The notes under the pieces: model-generated
Told to the model about the DNA's origin: nothing
The model's database searches: none
What the model saw: only the letters and a program-made list of their open reading frames with translations
In this document: one piece after another, positions 26,625 to 39,380 of the stretch
Layout of the letters: each line of letters opens with the position of its first letter
How positions within the stretch are numbered: position 1 is the first letter of the stretch
Origin: Rhina ancylostomus
Taxonomy: Eukaryota
DNA: 64,000 bases
Assembly: GCA_030265395.1 (NCBI GenBank)
Contig: JARFYF010000094.1
Span: 33,593,913-33,657,912, forward strand
Direction of reading: 5' to 3'
Position numbers and translations under genes: made by a program

Positions 26625-27105
26625 CAAGGTAGACTTGTATTTATATGGTGCCTTTCACAACTTCGGGATGTGCCAAATGCCTTACAGCCAATTAAACACT
26701 CGAAATGAAGTCGCCATTTTAATGTAACAAATGTGGCAGGGAACTTGCCACAGTAAGCTCCCACAAAGAGCAATGTGATCATCAACACAAATCCATTCTT
26801 GGCGATGGTGATTGAGGAGTGAAAATTAGTCAAGACACAAAAGAACTTATGTGTCAGCACGGGCCAGTTGGGCTGAAGGGCCTGTTTCCATGCTGAATGA
26901 CTCTATAACTCCTGCACTCTTCTTTAAAACAATGCAATGCAATCTTTTATGTCCACTTGATGAGACACAAGTATTTCATTCAAAAGTGTACAGTTTCCCG
27001 ATAAAGCATCGGCTTAACTTTCTATACTCAAATCTCCAGAGATGGACTTGAACCCATATTCTTCTGACTGAGATACAACAGAGCCTTTAACAGATCTACA
27101 GCTGA
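26625..27105 (-). mobile_element. DeuSINE (SacSINE1/AmnSINE1-like) with nested CR1 tail
   Basis: Antisense L2-like tail cttgtatttatatggtgcctttcac, Deu core ctcttctttaaaacaatgcaatgcaatcttttatgtccacttga, and B-box remnant ggacttgaaccc. Confidence 0.7.
26850..26906 (+). mobile_element. 5'-truncated CR1 tail inserted into the DeuSINE
   Basis: gttgggctgaagggcctgtttccatgctgaatgactctat is nearly the same as the tail at 21205-21243. Confidence 0.8.
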
Positions 27106-29529
27106 TACTGCTAAAGGTATTGGATGCACGATACACTGTCTCTCTCCTACATGTGCACACACACAAGCACAGACTTCCCATCAGCAAACTGGCTGCCTGA
27201 ATTCTGCCTCACATATATTCTGCCTCAAAAATAATGCTGGTGTTGGTACGTTGCTTCTCATACAAGTCTGGTTACTATCTGACAAGGCTGCTTTAATAAA
27301 AGATAGCCTACTAGGTTCTTCCGAGTTAAAACGTACACAAGTTGAGGACATTGGAGAAAATACAGATTACGGAATACCAACTATTAGGTTAGTAGAACCT
27401 GTCATAGAAATTGCTTTATCTGTCCTGTTCAGACTTTGAGCAAAGCTAATAACAACAGCCACATTTTATAAAAAAAAGTAAACAATATTCTTTTGTCAGT
27501 ATTACCAAAATAAATATTTGCAGCAGGGTTCAGTTTGTTAAATGCATACCAAGAAATACAATGCCACTTTTTATATCTACAACATTAGTAAATGCAGTAA
27601 ACCATTTCTTTGCCACAATTGTTTTACAACAAATGTTCCTTTTAAATGCAAATAAAGCAAGCAAACAGACATGCTGATCAAAAGCAGCTGATATTTTTCA
27701 CACAAGGTGCTGATCTCCTCAATTACACACAATGCATGAGTGCTGAAACATTTCAAAACCTGTTCCTGTTGGTTAAATGAATATTTTACAGAAGTCTAAT
27801 TTCAAAGCTCTTCAAACATGCCTACACATCGCCTCCAAAATGTTGGCTTTAAAACTTCAGCTCTTGCTGCTGAAGTGTCAGTGGTAAAGTCAACGGCAAA
27901 ATCATGTCAAATGCTGAAGCAGCTCAACAATGAAAGATGATGAGATCTTGACAAGTTTCAAATTTTTTAACAGTGAAACAGTACAAAATCTGATAAACAG
28001 CAAGCCTCAAGAATAATGGATACTTCACAGTGCATTACAAGACTATAACCTAATCAAGGGGTTCAGGTGATATTATGAATCATGACAGTGAAGATATAGA
28101 GGTCATCTGAACCCTGGGATTAGGTTACTAACTTTAGGTTGCCCTGCTATCTTATATCATTACATAAGTTATATAATATAAGTAGGTATAGAGTGCTACA
28201 GTTAAAATGTTTATGATCTTTGGGAGAGCTTCAGGCATTTCTTGCCATTTTCACAAGCGTTCTAGTGTCGCACTGCAGTGGTCAATGATGTGTTCTGTCA
28301 CAGGAAAGTATTGCACTCATTTGTGACTTCATTACTGCAGGATGATTTAGTAAAAGGCAACTTGCACCAGATTAAAGGAAAATGTTAAAATATATGAACA
28401 TATTATCATTTCTCTAAGAATCTGTGAACCAAAATAGACCTCTTTAACTCTACCTTCAGAAAATAGAAGTGTTAATAAAACTAAGTAAATAGAACAAGCT
28501 TTTATCTAAGATACTTTAATTGCAGGATAGTCATACTCCAGCAATAAGCAATTACAACATTTAATGTACAGGGAAGCTTAATTTTTTTTACATCTAACTC
28601 CCATCCCCACCCTCTCCCATCAATTAAACGAGTGCTAATAAAGGCCTGTATGGAGAATCGTGAATATTGTTCAGGTGTATGATGTCTTAGAGGGCTCTTA
28701 TGTCAATCAATAAATTTCACACAATAAGAGCCGGAAGTAGAATGCTGTTGCTCACATGGTGCCCTATTACCTAATCAGTTGATATGCAAGTGGTTTTCCC
28801 AAGAATTGAAGAGGTCTGGCAACAATGAAAAGATCTGAGCACACAATGCTTTGTTTCATTCAGTTTATGCAAATAATATAGCTATTAGCAGACAATTAAC
28901 ATTCTGAAAGCTCATTATTTAAAGGTATTTAAACTATACAAATTACAGATTGCTATTTTCCTTCCTTTTTGTTGCAATCATGTATAACCAGGAATCATTC
29001 CATTGAAAACAAGGTTACAACCAATTATTATACTACTACCGAAGAAAATTTTCCTGGAACCTTATTAAGGAATAATCACAATAACCTATCTTATTTTAAT
29101 AGTATCAGTTCATACCTACTTATACTTTTTATTCCTCCCTTGTTTACATGTAAAATACTAACCCTTTGCACATCACGTCAAATACATCTAATTTAAATAC
29201 AATACATCTGTACGCTGCCAGTAGTTAATGAGTTAAATAGAGCTGCATCTTGGGGCCAGAATATTTTTTTCTCTCTCTCCCTGACATAGGTAAATTAAGA
29301 AACCAACCTGCTAAGAAATTTTCAGGATCTTCAAGTTTCTACAATGGAGATCAGATATACACAGATAATTCACTTTACCCAGTCATCCTGTTAGGCAATC
29401 ATTGAACAATAACTTGTAGGACAGAATAATGAGATGGTAGAAAGATGCTAAATTTCCACGATAAACCTATTCATTACTTAAACATGAGTTTGTTTTCAAG
29501 AATGCAATGAGAACACTCTTTATAAAGGT

Positions 29530-29892
29530 AAGGCAGCAACTGTGGAGAGAAAACAGAGTTAACACTGCAGGTCAAAACTGCTTAATAGGAACTGAGAAAA
29601 TAAGAAAAGTGTAGAGAGGGAAAGGGGACAGGATGGATAGGACAAATAGAAACCTCTAAAAGGATGAGGTCATGGGGGTTGTCTAGATAATCCCAATGTT
29701 TACAATGCCATCTAGTTAAAAGGTTCATTAGGGAGGTTAGAGAGAGGTGAAAAAAAATGCTGTGAAATGTATGTCAAAGCCATTGATGTAACCAAAACCA
29801 AAAGGAGAATGCTGGAAATGTTCAGCAGTTCAGGCAGTATCTACAGAGGGGGGAAAAAAAACGAAGTTAACATTACAGAGGAATAACCTTTC
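29530..29892. mobile_element. Old Penelope-type terminal repeats (two partial units)
   Basis: ggcagcaactgtggagagaaaacagagttaac at 29532 and gaatgctggaaatgttcagcagttcaggcagtatctacagag...gttaacatt at 29808. Confidence 0.55.
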
Positions 29893-30890
29893 TGCTTTCC
29901 ATTCTATCAGGTTTCTGAGGTGTGCCTGGCTACTTCCTTTTATTAAAAAAGACCTTCCTGTCAAAGTAATAGTGGGGCTAATAAGCCTCACTGTTATTTA
30001 TGGTATAGTAAGTTCGAGTGACAGACTAATGTGAAGGAAAAGCCAAATACCCAAAAGTTGCTACCCAAGTTGCATTGACACTCTTCTATTAGCTTTGTGG
30101 AAATAGCATTTGAATCCACTAAATGGTATAGTTCTGCATTGTGCAGTAGACATATACTACAAGTGCAACAATGGCTACATCATTCTTATTTCAGTTTAAG
30201 AACTCTAACCATGTGAGAAATGCACATCTTGTTAATCTTTCTGCTTTGAAAATTATCTAGTATGAAGTTTTATATCTTGGGGTTTCGAATATTGTTAGAA
30301 AATTCATAGTTTTTTTTAAAAATCCTTTCTGTCTCTTTCTTTTCTCTCAATCCATCTTGGTCTCTCTATTTCATTCTCACTCTCTTTCTCTCTTCAACTG
30401 ATTTGACAATGAGTTCACACAACAAAGTTTACAGCTCCTTCTCAGTGCTTGTACTGTTGATTTCCCAAACCATTAATCTGATAGGTAAAGAAGATTGACT
30501 TTCACTTCCACTGTTCAGTCAGGCCCCAGATGCCCCAGTCTTTGTTATTATGGCACAATAAATTCACATTTTCAGCAATTTGTCAGATATAAAATGTAAA
30601 AACTTGTAAGTGCAAATCTAACCAAAGGCAGAGTTACTTAGGTACACTTTTTGTTATTGACTAAAGAAATGAGAATTAATTTTATTTAAAATCCTTCTAT
30701 TAATCGACATGTAATTTGTTGAATAACGGCAAAGACAGTAATGGACAGGTCACAACCTATCCTTTATCACAGATATGAATGCAAACCATTTTAACATTAT
30801 GGCCTCTGACCACTGCGATGCAATGGTGTTTCTGTCAGGGCCATCTGGGTAATTTTCCAACTGCTGATCATACCCACAATCTTTTAATAT

Positions 30891-31116
30891 CAGAATTAGA
30901 TTTATTATCACTGACATATGAAGTGAAATTTGTTATTCTGTGGCAGCAGTACAGTGCAAAGACATAAAAATCTATATATTACAAGAATAAATAAATAGTG
31001 CAAAAAAAGGAATAATGAGGTAGTGTTTGTGGATCATTCAGAAATCTGATGGTGGAGGGGAAGAAACTGTTCCTGAATTGTTGAGTTTGGGTCTTTGGGC
31101 TCCTGTACCTCCTCCC
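30891..31116 (-). mobile_element. Rex-Babar-type LINE 3' fragment with TAATAT target-site duplication
   Basis: Highly similar to 32708-32930; TAATAT at 30885-30890 and 31117-31122. Confidence 0.82.
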
Positions 31117-31317
31117 TAATATATTCACCAGATAAATGAGACTAAACTTGGTAAATTAGTTTCATGAATCCTTCATTGAAAGTAAGACATTAATGATAAC
31201 CTTTAAATGAAAGGGTGCTTATTCCATTATCTATGGGGGTGAGAGGGGTCACAGATCTGCTGTGACTCATTGAATGGCAGAGCAGGTTGAACAACTAAAT
31301 AGCCCACTTTTATTCAG

Positions 31318-31502
31318 ATGGGGGAGAGGAGAGATGCAGGGGGGGAATGGGGGAAAGAAGGTGGTTCAGGGGAAAGAGGCAAGCTGATGGGAGGGAAAGA
31401 GGGGAGGGGGAACAAGAGGAAAGGGAACTGAGGAGAATAAAAGAAGGGGAGACAAACTGGGAGGGGAAGAGTGGGAAAGGCAGAGGGGTAAAGGGGAAGG
31501 GG
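31318..31502 (+). repeat. Purine/G-rich low-complexity tract
   Basis: Many GGG-GGGGGGG runs separated by short A-rich spacers. Confidence 0.85.
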
Positions 31503-32039
31503 ATCTAATTTTCATCCACCACCTGAATTTCAATGGGACAAAATCAGGGTGGCAATCCACTATGAAAGATTGCACCCAATAGTTCAGGAGAATATTTACC
31601 TCATTCTTTTAATTTTTGCCTGGTGAACATTTCCAGAAGGATTTTTCTGCTATGAACTGAATGATTCAAAATATTCTTCAGAAGATCCATAATCGTGAAA
31701 TGTTAAATAATAAGGAAAACTACATAAAGTTTAACTATCAGCCTCATGTGTACTATACAGCTCAAGCAGACTGAAATGATGCCATAAAGTATGACAGTGA
31801 AATTAAAATGATTAATTAAAAAATTACAACAGAAATATTTGGAAGTTTGAAACACACTTCAATGTCCAGCATTTTATGTTATTATCAAAATGTAATTGTT
31901 ACTTGCATATTTTTCTGTCAACTTGCTCTTTTTCTATTTCCTTTCCCTTTCAGGGAAGCATTGACCTTTATTAAAGTAGAATACTGAGGTGCCAAGAGCC
32001 TCCTTATACCTCACAAAGTGGCCATTCTTCAAGGATAAG

Positions 32040-32136
32040 TAGTCAGAGTCATATAGCAGAGAAACAGGCCCTTCAGCTCAACTGGTCCATGCCGACCAAA
32101 ATGTTCCATCCAAGCTAGCCCCATTTGCCAGTATTT
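32040..32136 (-). mobile_element. CR1 tail fragment
   Basis: agagtcatatagcagagaaacaggcccttcagctcaac is the reverse complement of the CR1 tail. Confidence 0.8.
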
Positions 32137-32169
32137 GCTGTTATTTAAAAAGTACAGACTTTTAAATCA

Positions 32170-32390
32170 GATGAACATCTCAAGTTGAGTTATACAGTAC
32201 ATCCATTGTAACCAAGGGAAGGAGTTCTTGTACTTTTCCAGCCCGATCCACTGAAGCCAATTGTTACATCTCACTGTCACCTTAGCTTAGATCAGTAAAC
32301 TCAGCACAACTCAAAATCAAGGCTTAGCAGGAACAATGTGGTTCAATGATACAACTGGCAATGTATTTACCAATTAAGCTAAAGGGAGCT
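32170..32390 (-). mobile_element. Ancient tRNA-derived SINE (degenerate)
   Basis: Minus strand starts TAGCTTAATTGGTAAA (A-box-like), then TGTGCTGAGTTTACTGATCT...TAACAATTGGCTTCAGTG. Confidence 0.5.
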
Positions 32391-32707
32391 ATTAGAAATC
32401 CTTGATAAAGCCTAATTCAATGTAATTTTCCATTGGTCATTGCTGACAAGCACAGTGGAAAGTCTCAATTATTTAATCTTTCTTTACAAACTGATAAGAA
32501 AGATTTTAACAGATTAAATGCATGAATAAACCTTTTAAATGTCCTTAAACGATGTTTAATGTAAATAACAAGTTCTTAGTAATCCAAAATTCACATTATT
32601 GATGCCAAAAACTGGATACTAAGCCAAGTTTAATATAGGTGTATTTTAGCACTAGCTGGCTTTTAGGTATTTAGTAATAGACAATGGTTACGGCAGAATT
32701 TGTATTT

Positions 32708-33105
32708 CAGAATCAGGTTTATCATTATCACTGACAAACATCATGAAATTTGTTGTTTTGTGGCAGCAGTACAGTGCAAGACATAAAAATTACTATAAGT
32801 TACCAAAAAATAAACAACATAGTGCAAAAGAGGAATAATGAGCTAGTGTTCATGGACTGTTCAGAAATCTGATGGCGGTGGGGAAGCAACTGTTCCTGAA
32901 ACGTTGAGTGTGGGTCTTCAGGCTCCTGTAATAATGAGAAAAGAGCATGTCCCGGATGGTGAGGATCCTTAATGATGGATGCCGCCTTCTTGAGGCACTG
33001 CCACTTGAAAATGTCCTCGATGGTGGGGAGGGTTGTGCCGGTGATGGAGCTAGCTGACTCTACAACCCTCTGCAGCCTCTATTGATCTTGCACATTGGAG
33101 CCTCT
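32708..33105 (-). mobile_element. Rex-Babar-type LINE 3' fragment
   Basis: Minus strand translates RLQRVVESASSITGTTLPTIEDIFKWQCLKKAASIIKDPHHPGHALFSL; TGTATTT occurs on both flanks. Confidence 0.88.
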
Positions 33106-33330
33106 AAAATGTATTTTAAAATGTCTGCAACCTTATTAAGAAAATGGAAGTAAAACTAAAAAGAGCTATTCTTGTACGCTATTCTGTCAACTTTATAAAT
33201 AATTATACAAACAAAGCATCTGTATTTCTCTAGTGAGGCAGAAAGAGATATTATTTTACTAAATCAAATCTGAAAGCATAATTCAAAATGGCAACAGTAT
33301 GGTGGTCCATGGTGTTGAAGCACTACTTAG

Positions 33331-33346
33331 CAGCGCCACCAAATGG
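33331..33346 (-). promoter_or_regulatory. Candidate CTCF site (imperfect)
   Basis: Minus strand CCATTTGGTGGCGCTG. Confidence 0.3.
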
Positions 33347-36300
33347 ATTCTGCTTTTGACCTCAATTACCTGTGTGAACTATACCAAACTGAGCTCTGTT
33401 GGTCCATGACAGGGTCAGGGATAAGATCCTCAGGCTGCACTTACAATCAACTAATACTTAGTTCACAAACTAGACATTAAGATACCCTGTAAGATCTGTG
33501 AATGAAGTTGGCATGTGGCTTGAAGTTCAGCGAATGAAGAGCAAAGTAGCCTAACAATGATTTTTATGTGTGGAGGGAAATTTTGGATTCACAACCTGCA
33601 TTTTTTCAGATCCGACATATATGCTCACATTTGTGGCACTGGCTGCCTGCTGGTGATGGCACTTGTAAGTGTGCAGCAAACACCTTCCAAAAAGGTATAC
33701 AGAAAAGGCAGATCAAGCCATCTGTATGCTCCACAAGTTCAGCAGCTGAACTTGCTTGCAAAATGAAACAGAACCCACCAATACATTTTTAGACTGCTAC
33801 AATATCCAGAGGCTCTTCTCAACGTTGCTGTTTAATTAGGCAAGTAAGAAGATTAACCTTCCAGCCAAACATCATTTATTAATGGCAAACAACATTAACC
33901 TAGCAGCAGTGCCTGAAACAACAATGTATCAAAAGTCATACCAGATGCCTCTTAAAGATATATACATACTCAATATATATTACTCTGCTTTCCCCAAAAA
34001 AGTAATAAACCTGCATCGAGCTACCTACAGATATTATTTTCTCAAATAACTATTTGCATACAATACAAAATTATATAAAAATAATTTACAAAACACTTAA
34101 ACAGTCAATAAAAAAATCAAGTTTAATATAAATCTAAGTAACAAACAGTATGTGTCCTTGATACTAATTAACCTAATGAATGACCTGACCTCCAAGAGCT
34201 TCACATATGACAAATATAAGATCTTGCACTAAAAAATTACTTTAACTATACACAACAATGAATATAATCATCACACGCATTTCTCATCATCTGATGTATC
34301 ACCCAAAACTTAACATGGACAATACCTCATTAACTACGACAGAAATTATTATACATTGTTTCCAATGTATTTCCAAGTACCACAAGCTTCTTACCTTCAT
34401 GCACACCATTTCACAATACACCTCTCATTTGACTCATCATGGGCACTTGACCTTCCTCTCAGCTGACCATTTCAAATCAGAAAGTCATCACCTCTGACTC
34501 TCTTCTCTGGTCGTCTTCCAGTGAGCACAATTTAAACAGCAAGGTTCTCAGCCTCTCTTGCTGCACATTGGCTACAGATTACTGAACCAACATCAATCAG
34601 CTTATCAAGTCAAATCAGACCACCATCTTTACAGCAGTTGCCTTCTTGAGGAAGCTTCACATCTATGCAATGTGCCCCTATCTGGTGGCAATTAAAATAT
34701 CATGGCACATTAAATGGATATTCCCAATACTGGGTTGCTTCCAGAACAGCTACAGCATAGTACCTTGTCTTCACCACCTAAGTTATTCACATTCTTGCAA
34801 CCTTTGGCACTCACATGATGACCTTTGAAATTATTATCTTTAACCTGATGATTTGTTGATCCATGGTTTCTTCTGGTTCCTGGCATCATATACTGAATGT
34901 GCAACCTGCAAAATTCTCTGAAGGAGCTATGTTAAGATGTCTCGCCAAAATTCTTACATCTTCTTGGAAAATCTTTTCCATGGTTCATGGCACTAATAAA
35001 CTTAGTAGTGTTTTTACCTGTCCACTAGTAATAGCCTCAGTAGTATCACCTCTGTCTTTTCATGTTCAGCTCCTCTTCCAGGACCTTGACAGTAGCCCAG
35101 GAACATCTATACATCCGCTCCTTTTGAAAGTGAATGGCTATGACCTCTGATACTTCACCAGCTCACCCTCATATAACTCCTTGCCAACTCCTTGGCAGCA
35201 ATACCTAAATGTTGCCTATGAGCATCCATACATCCTGTTCTGTATTGCCGCTTAATAAAGCACATAAACAGGAAGGGACTCCTAACCAAACAGACCTTAT
35301 TAACAGCGAACAACACTCAATAACATCAGAGGCTGCTACAGGTCATTGTGATTCACACAGTTCTTACGTACTCTATATACTACAGCGGCCAGTTGCTACT
35401 GTTGTACAGGTGCTTCTTTTCAAAGTTGTTACAGTATGCAGACTGGGGTGTGGCATGTGCTGACTCTATCCTGATTTCAAGCTGGCTGCACAACCTAGTT
35501 GCTCCTACTCATGGGTACAATCATAGACTCTCCCTGCGTAACACAGTAACTATGGGAATGAGCAGACCCAAGGCATGATGCTAGAAGACATAGAGGTGGG
35601 GAAGACTCTCAACAGAAGACCATATCCACCAAAGTTCAGGGAGAAATTCTATTTGAATTTTGGAATAGTTATACAGTATGAGATGTCAGTAAAAACCTCC
35701 TCACAGAAATTCACTACTAACTGCAGCCACAAAGCACCTTACTTTTAGGTGGTGCAGTCAGGTTTTATGTTTTGCATTAAGTGGTCCTCACCTCTAAAAG
35801 TTTTGAGCATGTTACTGAAACATGCAGCCACTCAACAGTGTGGGTAGCAATGACTGCACATGGTTAATCATATTAATTAGAAGGCAACATGAAATATGCA
35901 CTACCTACATCAGATCCAACAGATGCTAGTAATCCTGCATTGTGATTCCTTGGTCCATTTATTAAATTTAGCTCCTGTGGTATTTGATATAAAAACTGCT
36001 CAAAAAACTTGTGATCAATTTGTCCTTAGTACTTTATGCAATAATTTGCTTTGTGGGTCTACAATTCTACCACCAGAGTAAAGGAAACAGAGCAGAATTG
36101 TGAAAGCAGAGAGCTGGCTGATGAACATGGGTGTCCTAAATCAGAACAAAGTGAGCACCAATATAAATACACTTTTGGCAATGATACCTGAGCACAGCCG
36201 TAACAATGGCAGTTTCTCTCATATTGATTGGTACTTCTGGGACCACAAATAATGTGGATTAATAGTAGGAATAAAGTTGTATCAAGTTACATTGGTCATT

Positions 36301-37161
36301 TCTTGTATAGCTTCTGTTCAATGCAAAATCCTTATTTTTTTTTTATTAAGGACTGGATTGTGAAGAGTAATCATACCCATTTTATCAAGAAAGAAATCAA
36401 AATATATCCTACCACTAAATTTCCATTTTTATTAAGTGTGACATATCTGGAAACATACTGAATTTTCCCCACAGTCCTCAGTGATTTATTAAAGTTACCA
36501 GGTGACACTGGGGACCTCATGGTGAATTTCAGGTCACCATGGGTGGAAAGTGATCCTCCTCCCTGGGATTTTGCACTTTAAACACACAGATGCCATCTAC
36601 TCACCAGTCAATTAAGCAAGTTGCATCAGTAGAAGCTACTGAAGAAAGTTAATTTTACTTTCTGGCAGGAGGACAGTACTTGAATGAGGTAAAGGTGTTG
36701 TGCAGATTCCACACTGAGCAGAAGCAGGTCTACAGCAAATAAATTCTCAAAGGAAATTATTCTCCTGTCATAGTATAAAAGGCTCTTGTATTTACCTTCT
36801 GTCACATAAAATAGCATGTTTGAGATCCAAAAATTTTCTCTGTGGAGAATAAAATCAAGAATGTACTAGAACTCACACTGGTGACCCTCATCTGACAACT
36901 TTATAAACATGAAACCTGATTCTGCTTAGAAAATAAGAGTGTGACTAGTGCTTACTGGTCACTGCTAGTTATGTACAAATTGTACAGTAATTTTGAACAA
37001 AGGGCACATGTATGTTCAAGTCAGAACATGTAGAAGTTTCTGTCCAAGTTGGTCTGCCCTGCAATTAACCTCAAATGCCTGCCTCACCATGGATATATCT
37101 TAAGTGCCATAAAATGCCTGCATTTGGTGACAGCTATGAACAAAACACAATACAAATACTT

Positions 37162-37290
37162 GCAGCAAAAATCAAACTGCTGGAGGAACTCAGAGAGTCA
37201 GGCAGCATCTGTGGAGGGAAATGGACAGTCGACGTTTTGGGTTGAGACCCTTCATCTGATTCCAGCATCTGCAGTCTTTTGGTGTCTCTG
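37162..37290. mobile_element. Miniature Penelope-type element with degenerate hammerhead ribozyme
   Basis: aactgctggaggaactcagagagtcaggcagcatctgtggagggaaatggacagtcgacgttttgggttgagacccttcatctg joined to gattccagcatctgcagtcttttggtgtctct; flanks caaatactt (37153-37161) and cagatactt (37291-37299). Confidence 0.7.
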
Positions 37291-37487
37291 CAGATACTTA
37301 CATACCAGGAACTCACCAGATTTATCAGAGTCTCCAGCAATGTATGTAAGTATTTGATTCAAAGAGGGCAAGGCTGTCAACATATTATTTTTTATAATTT
37401 CATATCCAGATGAAAGGTAAGAGGTAGCTTAAAACCGTTGCCCATCTGGAATGCCCTTGTCCTCTGCTATGTTATTCTCTACCAGTC

Positions 37488-37680
37488 AGACAGAAACAGG
37501 CTATTCGGCCCAACAAGTTCATGCCTGTGTCTATGCTCTGTTCAAGCCTCCTCCTTTCCTCAGCTAAACCTATCATTGTAACCCTCCCTTGTATGCTTGT
37601 TCAGTGACACCGTGAAAGACAGTTCAACACCCTCACAATCCAGTTGGGTGAAGATGTTCCATCTCAATTCCCTAGTGACC
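37488..37680 (-). mobile_element. Old CR1 tail fragment
   Basis: cagaaacaggctattcggcccaac at the start and gggtgaagatgttccatctcaattccc further in. Confidence 0.6.
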
Positions 37681-38994
37681 ATCTGATGGGTGTCATGTGA
37701 TGGGAGAGTTGGAACAGCATGTCATGGAAATCTATGTGCACCATGCAATATGAGGGAGAGGGTCATCCACTGGGAACAGCATTCAAAACTCCTTTCCTTC
37801 TCCAGACAGGCATTCTCCAGACAGGCATAGAAGTGCTAGTCAAACATTTATGTTTTGAAATCACATTCGCTCTCCCTACTTATACCATCTGTGAAAATCC
37901 AGACAGGAAGAGGTAACTGATAGAAATAGAGCACATGTCCATCTTCCATTACTGCACATCAGTAACACATGACTGCTAATATTATTTTATTGACACCTTT
38001 TTTCCAATAAACTTCTTAAAGTAGGAAAATTCTACAAATTATTGGGAATTTTATTTTGTTTTCAAAGGAGTCAAAGTCAGCTATAGCCACACACGATCAT
38101 ATTTACCTTTATGAAAATAATAGCTTATGTTATTTGCATGTATTCATCCAGACATTATGAGAATAAGGATTTAATTATCTTACATTTTTGTCACATTTAG
38201 AAGAGCGCAGATTCCATGCAAGTGTATTGTTACAGCTAGTCATTGTGACATTTTTCTTTGTAAGGATCTGCTGCATTTGTTCACTCAATGCTCAAAACAC
38301 AATTTATTCAAAATTTACAAATTTGACAGTTGACTAGTATGTGGTCAACAATGATTGCAGTTCCAGAATTCAATACAGCGAAATTTGATACCGCAAAGCA
38401 AACATGGATATTTTAGTTGGGTGTAACTTGCATTTTTTTTCTTTCAGAGTATGGATTTAAAATAAACATCTGTTCACCATAGCCACAATAGGGCGCATTC
38501 ATTTTAGATCCAAATTTAAATTATCAAGTTTTGGAAACAATCTTTTACAGTTTGGAAAATGTAGGCTGACCTTTCCAAGGTTTCCAAAACTCTTTCATTC
38601 CAGCTAAATTGAGGTTGATTAAGTTACCATTCTAAAGAAGGCAAAATTTCCTGACTGTAAGAATCTTTCATTTGGCAGTAGCAGCAGAAATTCCACAATG
38701 AAACAGTGCACAATGTCCAGGCCCCCGGCTGACAGAGTAACAGGCTATTCCTTACGCTATGGATTCTACTTCATCATTGCTGAGATCTTGGTTTTATTTG
38801 CATGATGATTTGTGTTTATAGCACAAGTAAGTATTTACCTCTTCTCATGAAACTATTTTAATATGTAATAGGCAGAATAATCACAACATTCGCTGCTGTT
38901 GCCCTGTTTATAAGATTTCTGCATCTTTAATGCCAAAAAACTGGATGCATTACCCCTCTACAGCTGAACACAAAACTAACCCCTTGGAAGTTTA

Positions 38995-39380
38995 CTTTTA
39001 AGAATGCGTTTATTTAAAGCCTCATCATCTTTCCCATAAATGTCTCAAACATTTTGCATCCAGTTAGTTGCTTTGTGGTGTCAATGAACCTAAAATTCCA
39101 CTAACAGGAAAAGCTTCATGACCAGTTCACCTGATGTTATTTTAGAGAGGAAAGTAACCAGCAGTAAGAAAATTCATGCTCTTATTTGAATGGTGCAACG
39201 GAATCTTCAACATCCATTTGAACCACCAGAATTTTGATTGAAAATCTTATTTGAAGAATTAAAATCAAGAACACATCCAATATTGCTCTAGGCTGTCAGC
39301 CTTGATGTGCTCAAGTCTCAAGAATCATGTACAAACTCAGAATGTTTTAATCTGGAGCACAATAATAGTACCAACAAAGC
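38995..39380 (-). mobile_element. DeuSINE-like relic
   Basis: Deu core tgctcttatttgaatggtgcaacggaatcttcaacatccatttgaac and tgtcagccttgatgtgctcaagtctc, collinear with 26625-27105. Confidence 0.6.

Noticed and set aside
27315-27387. Plus-strand exon SSELKRTQVEDIGENTDYGIPTI
   Set aside because: No polypyrimidine tract before the AG and no recognisable homology.
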